Assembly (NCBI GenBank): GCA_951406725.2
Contig: OX597825.1
Coordinates: 53,754,001 to 53,818,000, forward strand
Reading direction: 5' to 3'
DNA length: 64,000 nt
DNA from: Octopus vulgaris
Lineage: Eukaryota
The translations under genes and the position numbers were made by a program. The notes beneath the pieces were generated by a model. The model saw only the letters and a program-made list of their open reading frames with translations. It did not search any database and was not told where the DNA came from. The first letter of the stretch is position 1. Every line of letters starts with the position of its first letter. Shown here piece after piece: positions 30,045-42,613 of the stretch.

Positions 30045-31020
30045 AATATATATATATAAATACAAAATGGGACAAGGACGCAAAACACTCAAAGAGACGA
30101 CACAAAAGACGGACGGGTCATTCGAAGCCTCTAATCTTCAGTCAAGCATTAGATTTCTTGGAAAAAATAATAGTAATAACAGGACAAAAACAGCATGTGT
30201 CTTACGACTTTAGACGGTTCAACTTAGCTTAGCTGGCGTATTTGGAAAAAAATGCCTTTGCGGCAGACGAAGAAAACGATGTTTTCGTGGCGGTGGTCAC
30301 GTGAGAGGAGAAGAGAAAGAAAAAAAGGGGGCAAAGGAATCAAAGAGAGAGAGAAAAAGAGGGACAAAGGCACCGACGGGGGGGAAGAGAGAGAAAGAAA
30401 GAATTAAAGAGGGGAGAAGAAAGAGAGCGTGCCAAGGATTGGCTTGGCGACAGAATCAGTGAGGTGCAAAGTGAGAAAGACAGAGAAATGTGAGAGAGTG
30501 GGGAAAGAGGAGACCAAAGAATCAGAGGCAAGAAAGGAGAAAGTCAGAGGCTAGTGAAGTATAGAAAAAGTGTGTGTAGAAGTCGTACAATAGTGGAATG
30601 CTTACATACATAAGAGAACAAGATGTACGTTACGCCATAATAATATATGTATAAAAATATATATATAAAAATATAAAATGGGACGAGAACGCAAAACATT
30701 CAAAGAGACGACACAAAAAACAGACGCGTCATTCGAAGCCTCTAATCTTCAGTCAAGAACCGGATCATCCTCGCAATTTCGGCTGATTAATCTTGAGATC
30801 GCTCCGATCCGGCCAGCCCCAAGGAAAAACTAAGCTACGAGCATTAGATTTCTTGGAAAAAGAATCGAATGTATACGAAACAAGGACAGAAAAACGGACG
30901 ATGCCACACGAATATAAATACAAAAAACAATAATAGTAATAACAGGACAAAAACAGCGGGTGTCTTACGATTTTAGACAGTTCAATTTAGCTTAACTGGC
31001 GTATTTGGAAAAAAATGCCT
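30045..31020 (-). mobile_element. ~975-bp non-coding element: two direct repeats around a purine/pyrimidine-skewed spacer, between TA tracts
   Basis: About 30045-30257 and 30645-31020 share aaaatgggac...ttcgaagcctctaatcttcagtcaag and both end ggcgtatttggaaaaaaatgcct; the left copy has internal deletions. Confidence 0.8.
30737..30813 (-). ncRNA. Hammerhead-like motif, non-canonical strand order with kink-turn (best copy)
   Basis: Minus strand: gccggatcg-GA-gcgat-C-tcaaga-ttaatc-agcc-GAA-attgc-gag-GA-tgatccggt-tcttga-CTGAAGA-ttaga-ggct. Confidence 0.7.
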
Positions 31021-31037
31021 ATATATATATATATATA

Positions 31038-32600
31038 ATTATTGCAGCATCTGTTTGTTAGCTGTTGCTGGAAAGGTCCTCTGTTGGGTAATGTTGGATA
31101 GATTGCCTCTGCACATTGCTGATGAGGTTCTAACAGAATTAGAATGTGGGTTTATGGATTGTAGGAGTACTATGGATATGATATTTTCAGCTAGACAGTT
31201 GCAAGAGAAGTGCATCGAACAGAATATGGACTTATACCAGGTTGTCATTGCCCTAACTATAGCGTTTGATTCTATCAATAGAATTGCACTTTGGGAGATC
31301 CTAATAAAGCTAGCCTGCCCTGAAAAATTTGTGAGAAAGCTTAGACAGTTTCATGACCAGATGGAAGTGAAAGTTAATGTTGGAGGTACCTTATCAGATC
31401 CATTTTCTGTACAAAATGGTGAAAAGCAAGGTGATATGCAGCACATGGTCAATGCGATTTGTGTAACATGTGCAGCATTGGGTCTAACGATCAATCCAAT
31501 AAAAACTGTTATAACGTCCGCTCCCGCCGAGATGTATGTGGAACCTTTTATAAGTGTGAATGGTCAAAGGTTGGAGACTGTACTTAGATTTATTTATTTG
31601 GGAAGTACCTTGAGTACTGCTGGTTTTGATAATGAAATGTCATACAGGAAAAGCAGGGATAGTGCTTATGGTAGGCTTGATAGGCGTCTGTGAAAACACC
31701 ATAATGTATCTTCACAAATTAAAGTTTATATAACACATGCGTCCTCCCATCTTTGCTATATGGAAGTGAGGCATGGGTTGTTTACCATAGGCAGGTAAGG
31801 CAATTGCAACGATATTATCAATACTGTCTGAGAGAAATTTGGGGGATGAACTGGAAAATGGTTATTAGTAATGTGGGGTTGTAATGTGGGCTATTAGTAA
31901 TGTGGGGTTGCATGAGAGGATTGGCAGTATAAGTATAGAGTCAATGATTTTGCAAAGATATTTGAGGTGGGGGGACATTTGTTAAGGATGAGTGATGAGC
32001 GACTGCCCAAGCAGCTATTGTATGGTGAGCTGGAAGATAGCAGGAGACCAACTCATAAGGTGTAAGGATTGCTTTAAATTGCTCTAATACAGACAGGAAT
32101 TAGGAGAGGGAGGCACAAGGCCATGATGGATGGAGGAAGATAGTGCATGATGGTTGTTCAAGGTCTGAGAGGGAGAGAATGAAGTATGAGGGAATTAGGA
32201 GGGGGCTTAGAAGGAGGACTCTGGAAAGTAAGGGAGTGTTGATTTTTATGTGTGTGGTTTGTGGGAGGGGGTGTTTGAGATGTGCAAGCTTGGTGAGCCA
32301 TCAAAAGTCGCAGGAGAAATCGACCCATGATAAACAGTGATGTGGCTATTAAACTTCTCTACAAAACAAGTGTAAAATATAGGAGGATTTGCCTCTCAGT
32401 GGGAGGTCTAAAAATACATGTTAAGAGAGTGCATATGATGGCACCTGTTTCTCCTTCCAGCCAACACAGTTTTCCTGTATGTAATAAATTGTGTAAAAGC
32501 TTTGCTGCGCTTAACTTAAACCTCATATAAGGGTATCACAATGATGAATCATTTCAGTAAATCTTCTTGGCAATAGCTTTTCTCGTGTAACGGGGGTGTA
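31038..32600 (+). mobile_element. RTE (BovB-like) LINE, 5'-truncated, with internal RT deletion
   Basis: CGF...RSTMDMIFSARQLQEKCIEQN, FIYLGSTLS, LPSLLYGSEAW, RMSDERLPKQLLYGEL, then degenerate zinc-finger-like motifs; the YADD segment is absent. Confidence 0.92.
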
Positions 32601-32604
32601 GCTA

Positions 32605-32656
<52 letters not shown>

Positions 32657-34002
32657 ATACATACATATTTATACGCAGATATATATGCGTATGTGTGTAT
32701 GTGTGTACAAAATTTTGTGTAAAACGTTTCCCTTTCCTTTCGACTTGGCAATAGTTTTCAGTTACTGCTACAATATTTTTACATTCACATTATTTTCACA
32801 ATTTACGAACAATTACGTTAATTTGCGAAATCATTGCATTATATATTTTGCTATAAATTCTTAATTAAGAATTTTAAACAATATAAACCTGCAGATATAT
32901 TTTTATGAATGTACTCTCGTAAAAATTTTCACTTCTATTTTCTTCTCTCATAATCTCAATCTTCGTTCTACAGTGAAATTATACGTGTGCGCAGTTGCGT
33001 TATGTTTTAAATTTGCAGATGTTATTAGGTTATTATTATAATTGTGGTGTTATATTTGTATATTATTGGAGTGTTATATGTGAAATTAAATTTATCATAT
33101 TATTCTTCCTTTATATGTATTAATTCTCTTAATTCTGTTTTATGGCATATTTGCTGTATCCTATGGTACTAAAATCGCTTGTATTGAATAATTGTACTCA
33201 ATTCAATTTCGAATTCTTTAAAAAACGTCTGAATTTGTATTATTATCAACATCTAAACATCTGTACAGATTACAAACAATATCGATAGTTTGAACTATCG
33301 ATTTTTACTAATATAGTAAATATACATTGTAACTTTCTAAATGTCATTTGAACATTATCATATACGAGAATACATATTTGACTAAAACAAATATGTACAT
33401 CAAATGTTTGGTTACGTAATCGAAAAAGATATAATATGCAACGAAATAAAGTTATCTAGAGATATGAAATATGAATCGTAAGAATTTGGTAAAGCGTTAT
33501 TAACTTTATAAGATTGTGTTACCAAAATATAATGTAGTGAACGACTAACTTGCAATAGAACCGAACTAAATATATTTAGTACATATTGAAGTATATATAA
33601 AATAAATTTATTGGTGACTGTTCTTTGAGCTCTAGCTTTGGAGAAATCATAAACTTGTAAAACTAAATGTACAGTTTGTAATTGCGTTGTTCTCTCTAAG
33701 AAACACATAAAGATAAATCTAGTGCATGTGCGTATATGTGAGTGTGTGTGTAACTGTTTGCATGTGTGTGTTTGTGTGCATACATGTGTTTTTGTGTGTG
33801 CGCGCGCGTGTGTGTGTCGTTAAGTCTTTTAGTGTTTTCCGTTTAATCAGCGCTTCCGGCAAAAAATTAGCCAACTGGTGATATAGGTCTTACTTGGGTT
33901 CGATGTCACTTCGCTCCTGTTGAACTGTTATGAAAGGAATTAAAGATGAGAAACTTCGTTGACTATTGCAATAATTAATATTACAAAAAAAGAAAAAAAA
34001 AA

Positions 34003-34195
34003 CAGGCGGTAAGCTGGCTGAATCATTAGAACAACGGATGAAGTGCTTAGAGGCATTTCCTGAGGTAGACTTTCCATTTCACCCTTTCAACATTCGCCTT
34101 TCATCTTTTTGCAATCGATAAAATAATTACCAGTTGAACTCTGGGGCCGATGAAATGGATTCCCGCTGCACCGAAACTGCTGGCCTTGTGCCAAA
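34003..34195 (+). mobile_element. SINE family A, diverged
   Basis: aggcggtaagctggctgaatc head; gcctttcatc...atcgataaaataattaccagttg core. Confidence 0.75.
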
Positions 34196-35304
34196 TAATA
34201 TAAGCTAAAATTATTGGTGTATTAAAATGGTGAGCTGACCTTCATGATTATTTGTGTCCAGAAGGGATATTGTTGGTATCTAAAGCAGTTAGTCTTGGTA
34301 GTTTCAGTTAAACTTTCGTTGCATGAGTGTGCTGCCGTTACTTCGCTGCATTCATATCGAGTAGTCACTGTATCTGCAGCGCGCACCTCGATGCATACTC
34401 GATCAATTAAAATTTACAACCATGTTATTGATAAACTGCATTAAAATTTGAATTAAAACCTCATTAAAATTGTTTGCTGCACATAAGATTAATGCACCTG
34501 TACTCTTTTTTTATTTTTAGCTTTGTTCATGTATTTAAATATTAACGTAAAAATATTTAATGTATTATGATAAACTGCTTATTGCTCACAGTCACAGCGA
34601 CAGCTTCGGAAACAATAACAATTACATCATCAAAAACTGATAAAAGATTTTGATATGTGAATACAAAAATGCGAATATACAACACAGATATATGTAAATT
34701 AAGAAAATGTATAATTTAGAAATTGTCGAAGTCGGTTAGTATTTCTCTATCAGCAAATAAAGTTGGATACTGCACCTGTAACATTTGGCGACATCCAGGC
34801 TTATTAGTACATGTATAATCAGATATACATGGAATATGAAATTTTGCTCATTTTTAGCAAGAGCGTGTTGAAGAATTGCCAAATACAAAGAAGACGATAG
34901 TTAAAATAGTATGTGAAGTATTTGTCGAACAAAGCTACTATGGGATGTTTATTCCATCCACGTTTCACCTATGCCCTCTTTTCACCCCGTTCTCGTAAAC
35001 ATCGCGAGCGCACAAGTGCCCAAGCAGAGATCTGTAACCAAGAACGGCATTTTACAGGCAATGGTTGACATAATGCTTAATTAAAATAAGTGACTTCATT
35101 TTAAAATATTATTCTCTCTTCAGCGGATATAAATTTAATAGTAACATTAACAAAACCTGATTTATAGCATTTGTATTTAATAACACCCAATATAAATTTT
35201 GGTTGGTTGATTACTCCAGTCATAGTTTTACGTCGTAAACACACCTACATCGGTTGTAACGCGATGTCGGGGGGTATAAACACAGACACACAAACATATA
35301 CATA

Positions 35305-35843
35305 TATACAGGTCGTAATCTGTAAATTGTCGTAATTTTATATTTCTAATTTCACGCATGCGCATTGCTTGCTTTTGATTTTGCCGACTACACAGTATAG
35401 TAGTCAGATGGGCAACGTCTGTGAGAAAAACAGCACCATTACGCAATTCACTCTGCCACAAATTTGGAAACGACATACTGTATTGCTTGGCATTCGTGTC
35501 GGAAGCTCCAGTACGAACATTTCAGAGTATTTGGGTGTCAAACTAAGGTGCAGTTGAGCGAGAGACTTACAAGCCTCCTTGTAACACTAAAGATTAACTG
35601 AAGGCAAGGATTATGGCAGCATTCACCAACTGAAACAAGGAGACTATCCAGAAGAGTTGCAGGAGATCACGAAGTCGTCCGGAGGCCGTGGTTGTAGTCA
35701 ATGGTCATTCTATTGAAGAAGTTTTCTCCTTTGTATTTCGACCCACCTTTATGTAATTTTGGTAAACATATCTGTTAAAATGAGTTATCACTCTTATTTT
35801 CCTTTTTGCGTAATTTAGATGAGTTTATTCACCGCACACTGTA
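35305..35843 (+). mobile_element. Internally deleted Tc1/mariner-type element
   Basis: TACAG...CTGTA ends; N-terminal coding remnant WKRHTVLLGIRVGSSSTNISEYLGV; GHSIE-like C-terminal remnant. Confidence 0.55.
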
Positions 35844-35909
35844 TATGCACACACACACACACACAAATATACATACATACATACATACATACATACATAC
35901 ATACATACA

Positions 35910-35967
<58 letters not shown>

Positions 35968-36309
35968 ATATTCGTTGCAAATATCTATATTTTATATTTG
36001 CTACAAATATACAACTGAGAATTTTTTTTATTTTTAAACTTTAATTTTATGGTTATTATTATTTTTCTTTTTAATACTATTCTTCACTTCATCCTTTTGA
36101 ATAAATATCAAGAAATTTGATGGAAGCTGAATGATAATTTTTGTACGTCTGTCGTCTTTCCTGAGAATATCCATAGTAGATTTCGCATAGTTTTAAAATT
36201 ACTTGTCATATAACAGGTAAAATTCTGGTATATTAATAAAAAACTGTATTGTACGATACCATTTATAGATTCTTTGCAGAAGATAATTATATGCAAAGCA
36301 TAATAATAA

Positions 36310-36497
36310 AAATCCTTTCTACTATAGGCACGAGGCCAGAAATTTTAAAGGAGAAGACTAGTCGATTTCATCGATCCCCTAAAGGATAAATGGCAAAATC
36401 GACCTCAGCGGAATTTGAAGTCAGAACACAAAGACTCGCGAAATGTCAGGCAACAATTTGCCCGATGTGCTAATGATAGTCCCAGCTCCTGACCCGC
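36310..36497 (-). mobile_element. SINE family A, diverged
   Basis: ggcaaaatcgacctcagcggaatttgaa...tgtgctaatga...ccagctc. Confidence 0.75.
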
Positions 36498-36539
36498 ATA
36501 ATAATAGTAGTAACCCATTCTATCCTCGCAGGAACAACA

Positions 36540-37980
36540 AATGAAATTGCTGACAGCAAAAAATAACACCAGCGGATGCAACCAACACGAACATCATTAA
36601 GGAGAAAAGCAAGAAAAAAGGAAATGAATGCTTCAAAGCCGCTGTTAGAGATTTCACCGACGCGTCACGGAAACTTATTGAAGACACTCTTATAACTCTG
36701 AAAATGAATTCAAAAGTGCAAAATGTATGTTGAAGAAATGTGAAACTGAATGTTCTTAGATCAGGCCAGCAAGAAATCAATTTGCGGACAGTTCTACATA
36801 ATACAATTGGAGAAAAATTACAAGAGTAGAGTAGGCAACACACCTGCAGATAAAAAATGTTTAAGATCAATTTAGAAGAGCAAATACTATATAGCCAGGT
36901 TGGGGAAACATAGTAGTGTCGAAGTGCGGTTCGTCTCAGAGACGTGGTCAAATATGACTCAACAGTCACAATAGCGTATGACAAACGCACTATCCTCCCT
37001 ATTCATCTTGTTCGAAGGGCATTCATAGTAACAATACTAAATATACAACAAGAAATCAGCATCTGCTTCTTTATGGCTACGATTCTCTTCGAAATTGAAA
37101 AGAAAACTACTTTTCTGCTGAGAATACAGTCCATATGATTTCCATCACCCGAGGAAAGAAATTTGGTACTACTGATCTGAGATTTTAGATGGAGGAAGAA
37201 GCTAGATGTAATTCTGCGACCTCTTTGAAGAATGACGACTTTTTCTTAATCCCCAGTTATCGCAGCCAACATTTTGCAAAGATTAGGGTGCTGAATGTGC
37301 CGCTAGAAATTTCCATTACTTGGTTAGTGGCGGCCATCTTGGCAGGTTTAGAAGAAGACGAACTCACAATATTGGAGGTCAAGAAACCTAAGCAAAACTG
37401 GTTAGTTATAGGTATGGAACTGACCTTGCATTGCAAGCAGACCATATCGACCAGCTTCCCGATCTAATCGATCTTCCGGATGGCACTCACTTGTCAATGT
37501 TCGTGGAGGGTAGACAGCCAAGATTAGATTGGAGTGTATTCTGTTTATTTTCTTGAGGAAGAGAAGCGTTTCAATGATCAGATGGTCGGTCTGCTTCCAA
37601 CATTTGCGAGGCGGCTTAGGCATGCCATGGAGTTCAATGCGCAAACACGTACTCAGGTTAAGCCACCTGCAGCGACTTCTAGAAGGTGAACGTTAGGGGC
37701 CTCCGTTTGTGAGGCATGCCTTTCCGCAGCTCGTCTCCTTGACGGAGCTGCAGTCCTGAGTAAAGGATAGGCCGAGACTAAATGCCTGGCACTTAGAATG
37801 TCGTCAGGCGCTCACTGTCCACAAGAAGCCAGGCAACAGAATCGGAGAGATACTCTGGCGTTGGCGAAGACGAACAAATAAGTCTATTCTGGAGTACTTT
37901 CCTGTCGGGGACTGTTATGGATAATTTCCATATGTCAGACGGGTTTGTCCGATGAGTTCGCAGAGCGACACAACCGTCCC
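36540..37980 (+). mobile_element. Tx1/L1-like LINE remnant: ORF1 piece joined to post-RT part of ORF2
   Basis: ORF1-like KIRVLNVPLEIS...LPDGTHLSMFVEGRQPR followed directly by LECILFIFL...SVCFQHLRGGLGMPW...LRLSHLQRLL (GGLG.P motif). Confidence 0.65.
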
Positions 37981-38021
37981 GCTTTCCCCAAATTTCAGGC
38001 CTTGTGCCTATAGTAGAAAGG

Positions 38022-38156
<135 letters not shown>

Positions 38157-39380
38157 TCATTAGATGAAAACTCACAGCAGACTAAGCTGACACTTGTTTA
38201 CTTTTCGACTGTTCACTCTATTTCTTTGTAAAATCACTTCTGATCTACTTTGAATAACCTATTCTGCTGTTATCCCTTTATACTTTGGTCGTATTTTACC
38301 ATCTTTGCTTTCTTTACAACGAAGCGATATTTCAGTTCCTCCATTAACACTTTCAGGTCCTTTCATTCAATATCATACTTCCTCTTCAGTGCTCTGTATT
38401 TTTGTTCGCCTTTAAGCACTCCTTTCTCCTTTCGGTCTGACACAGAAATGTCTTTCGAGAGCATGTCTAACTCCATCTGTATTCCTCTTTTCCACCCTGG
38501 ATGTTTTCTTTCGTCACTCCCATTATATATCTTTTTCTTGACATCAACACTTATACATTTCTGCTACAACAATACTTGCTGCCTTCATCAAAATAGTTGT
38601 TTCAGTGATATTTTTTGTTCTGATTTATTTCTGAATTTCTTGTTTCAATTTCAACCGATCAACATTTTTAAGGTTGCAAATAATGTCGCTATCGTTCACC
38701 TGTAGCCTTGCTATTATTCTGTCGTAGATTGCTTTTTGCCCATCTGTCATGTTACCATTAGTTTTATTGTCTTCTTTCAAACCATCTATATGTCTCTCAT
38801 CGGACAAGCTATCAGTGTTCCTTTCCTGAGGTTTATTAAATATTTCACCTCAGTTTTCTGCTCTGAAATTACTTTAACCGTAGGAACTCTATTTTCATCG
38901 TTTCCTCTGCAGCTGTTTTCCAATATCCGTCTTTCGATAGCTTCGAGCTTTACTTCTGTCAACCGACGATGTTTTTTGTTATTGCTCTAGCTTGATCACA
39001 TAATCTCTCTTCCGTGATTTGAAGCAATCATCTTTCCCTCCATTGATCATACACACGTTGTCGATATCTCCAAATACGAACACCGTTTTCGACTACAGGA
39101 TTGCTGAGGTAGTAACACTCCATGAACACAGCATTGACTTGTTTGTTCCATCTACGCCGTGTGTGCTGGTCCCTTGTAATTCTGATTCTGTCGGGTGCAA
39201 CCCTATCACCATTAAAAGCTTCAATCTCATTACCACCATTATTCACGCTATTTTGTTTTTTCATTGTCACTCATATGAGGTAGCGATTACCAGGTTGCGC
39301 AATTTCCATTGTTTTTATTGTGATGCCATCATTAGATGTATCATCAAGCAGGACATGGGAAGATTCCAACTACTTCCTTC

Positions 39381-39381
<1 letters not shown>
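38157..39381 (-). mobile_element. R4/Dong-type LINE 5' portion (N-terminal ORF remnant)
   Basis: RRRWNKQVNAVFMECYYLS...YRQRVYDQWRER matches the N-terminal motif of Dong/R4 ORFs; (TAA)n arrays on both sides. Confidence 0.8.

Positions 39382-39461
<80 letters not shown>
39382..39461. repeat. (TTA)n microsatellite
   Basis: Tandem array. Confidence 0.97.
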
Positions 39462-39462
<1 letters not shown>

Positions 39463-39544
39463 TCATCAATGATATTATCATTTTAATTTTTTACTATGTC
39501 ATTGTTAATGTTTCCTCTGATCCGACATAATTATTATTATTCAG

Positions 39545-40115
39545 TAGTCTTATTTTTATAACACGCTGTCATCTCTGTGTGCCTTGGGTATGTGCTGTGG
39601 CTTACTGTGATGCTCTTATGATTACTGTATTGAAAGTGTTTTGCGTAGGATGTACGCTGTGCCTAATAGTACTCTTTTCTGTCTGTTATATATATTTGTT
39701 AGTCCTGGTGTTTTTTATGCATTTGTCTGAATATTGTTTTATCATACCTAATGCTCCGACTATGATAGGATTTGTTTCTGACTTTAGACTTCACATTCGA
39801 GTTACCTCTATTTCCAGGTCTTTTTATTTTGAATGTTTCTTTATTTCTTTTAGAGAAACGTTGTCATCTGTTGGTATTGATACATCAATTAGAAAACACA
39901 TTTTTCTTCATTATCTCTAACAACTATATTGGCCTTAATTTCTCTATCTGTGTATATTGGCATATCCCATATCATTGTTACGTTCTCATTTTCGGTGACC
40001 TTTTCTGGCGTGAGCCTATACCATCTTCTTTCTGTTGTTATTCCATAATTTTGTCATAGCATCCAGTATAAGTAGGTCCCAATTCTGTCGTGTCTCTGAA
40101 TATATTCTTTATTAT
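39545..40115 (-). mobile_element. R4/Dong-type LINE 3' end (restriction-like endonuclease)
   Basis: YIQRHDRIG, IWDMPIYTDREIKAN, FLIDVSIPTDDNVSLKE, PIIVGALG, VLLGTAYILRKTL*. Confidence 0.92.
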
Positions 40116-40119
40116 TATT

Positions 40120-40290
40120 ATGGTGATCTCGTATGAAAATAAACAGCACATGACATTGCAGGTGGGGCCCCGTTAGAATTTTCTTCTTGTCGCGTAGCCC
40201 ATCCCGCTCAAAAGGTCCCTAAATAAAGGTTGTTTAAGGATGCTGAACGAAATACCCATGTTTCTGAAGGTGAATTATCAAAACCCCATA
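40120..40290. mobile_element. Short unclassified SINE/LINE-tail-like fragment
   Basis: GC-richer block between TTA tracts; family assignment from recall only. Confidence 0.3.
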
Positions 40291-40293
40291 TTA

Positions 40294-40386
<93 letters not shown>

Positions 40387-40395
40387 TATTATTAC

Positions 40396-40455
<60 letters not shown>
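40291..40455. repeat. (TTA)n microsatellite
   Basis: Tandem array. Confidence 0.97.
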
Positions 40456-40457
<2 letters not shown>

Positions 40458-40987
40458 GAAAGCCCGCACCTTTGAACACTACGGAGGGCCAAAGCGTCTA
40501 ATCTTTCTAAAGTAACCGGAAGTAACAATCAGATCAAAATATATTTGATGTTCAATAAATCAATGTTAGTGAAAATCTCGAATACATTGAAATCGTAATA
40601 TAAAAGCGGTCAAATTCAAATGTACGCACCTACATACACACATCTACGATCGCCGATATAGATGTACATAGACAAATATATAGATACAAGTAGACAAAAT
40701 TTAATACACGCAGCCATTCACAATCTTTTCGTTTCCCTATCTCTCTCACCCGCCCTTTGCAAGTGTTCTAATTCCAAATCTAATTTAATAAAATGTTTTC
40801 TTATCTCTAATTAACTTATTTGTTGTTTCGTACGTTGTTTATCTAATTAGTGTCAAATTTACATTGTGGAACCACTGTTTTGATAAATACCGGATGTCTC
40901 TAAAGTGCTTATAATTGGTTTTATATAAATATAAATATGTATGTATGTGTATATATATATATATAAATATCTATCTATCTATCTATA

Positions 40988-41074
<87 letters not shown>

Positions 41075-41954
41075 CTGTGCGTGCGTGTGTGTGTGTGTGT
41101 GTGTCAATGTATGTATTACTATATGTATGTACGTATGTATGTATTACTATATGTATGTACGTATGTATTTATACATGTATGTGTGTGCCTCATATCTCTG
41201 TATGTTTATGTGTATGTAATTCCAGCGGAGGAAACTAGTTGATAACTATATATTGGGTTACAAACACCATCGATATAAAATTCACATCACTTTCTATATC
41301 AGACCCCCATACACTGTGTATAGGTTCAATCATCAGAGAATCTGACAAAATTTTAAAGTTACGTTAAATTTTGCCAGTCATTGTGATGTTGATAGAAGAC
41401 TTTGTATAACGTGGATATCCACTTTTACATTCTGTACCCAAACGCTGGTGCAAATCAACCTTGCATTGCGAATAACATAAATAGTAATCCAATTGCCAGT
41501 ATCCAAACATATGACTTTATCATTGAAGTTATTTCGTCAGTATGGCCACAGTTGTGTTACCAAAATTAGTAAGAGAGGGAGAGTTGTTACTTAATTCAGT
41601 TATATCCTTCGCATATCAATTACCTTCATTAAAGTTCGCTCTTAGAAGTCGTGTGTCATGTCTGCTAGTATCCAGTGTTAACCACTGTAGAGTAACTTTT
41701 TACTCAAGGTATGCAACATAAGAGATTTCTAAATCCAAAATTTCATATATATAGGAATATTAAAAGAAATCTACAAATTTCGTTTTCCCCTTGCCCAGAT
41801 TTTTTGAAATATGTTTCGAACGAAAGTTATGAAATAAAAATATCTAGATCACTTCAGTTTAAAGTATCATGTAGTGTGAGGGGGAGATATAAACTGCACT
41901 AAAAATGAAGTAATTTTTAACAACTCTAAACAAATCCATCAGTAAATAGATAAT

Positions 41955-42188
41955 ACCTATTTCTTTACTACCCACAAGGGGCTAAACACAGAGAGGACAA
42001 ACAAGGACAGACAAACGGATTAAGTCGATTATATCGACCCCAGTGCGTAACTGGTACTTAATTTATCGACCCCGAAATGATGAAAGGCAAAGTCGACCTC
42101 GGCGGAATTTGAACTAACAACGTAACGGCAGCCGAAATACCGCTAAGCATTTCGCCCGACGTGCTAACGTTTCTGCCAGCTCGCCGCC
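41955..42188 (-). mobile_element. SINE family A, full-length young copy with 13-bp target-site duplication
   Basis: Complete head, core and tail; GTAAATAGATAAT at 41942-41954 and 42189-42201. Confidence 0.95.
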
Positions 42189-42329
42189 GTAAATAGATAA
42201 TGCCGAGCTCGGCATTATCTATTTACTGCCGACTGAAACTGCGCTTTCGGGCTGAATTTTGAAACGTTATAACATATGATGATGGGACACATGTTATTTG
42301 TTTCTGAATCATAAATTAGTTATTGAGGT

Positions 42330-42400
42330 CAGTTACTGATGAGAATTCGCCTGGCAGATAATCTTATTTGCTAAAGAAATCTGAAACCTAGGTATTACCG
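42330..42400 (+). ncRNA. Degenerate type I hammerhead with long stem II
   Basis: CTGATGA at 42336-42342, hairpin tggcagataa/ttatttgcta, GAA-ACCTAGGT-A palindromic stem III; stem I has two mismatches. Confidence 0.5.
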
Positions 42401-42562
42401 CAAAAAGAGAACAATGTAAAAGCTTTCATTTTTCATTTACTTCGAAAATTGCTATTAAATTGTGGTTTTGGCCGTTTTGGCTGCTCCTTCTACCATGTAA
42501 AAATTACCTGTTAAAGGGTGGTTTTCTCTTGTGTTTATATGTACACTATTTTCAAATAAGAT

Positions 42563-42613
<51 letters not shown>

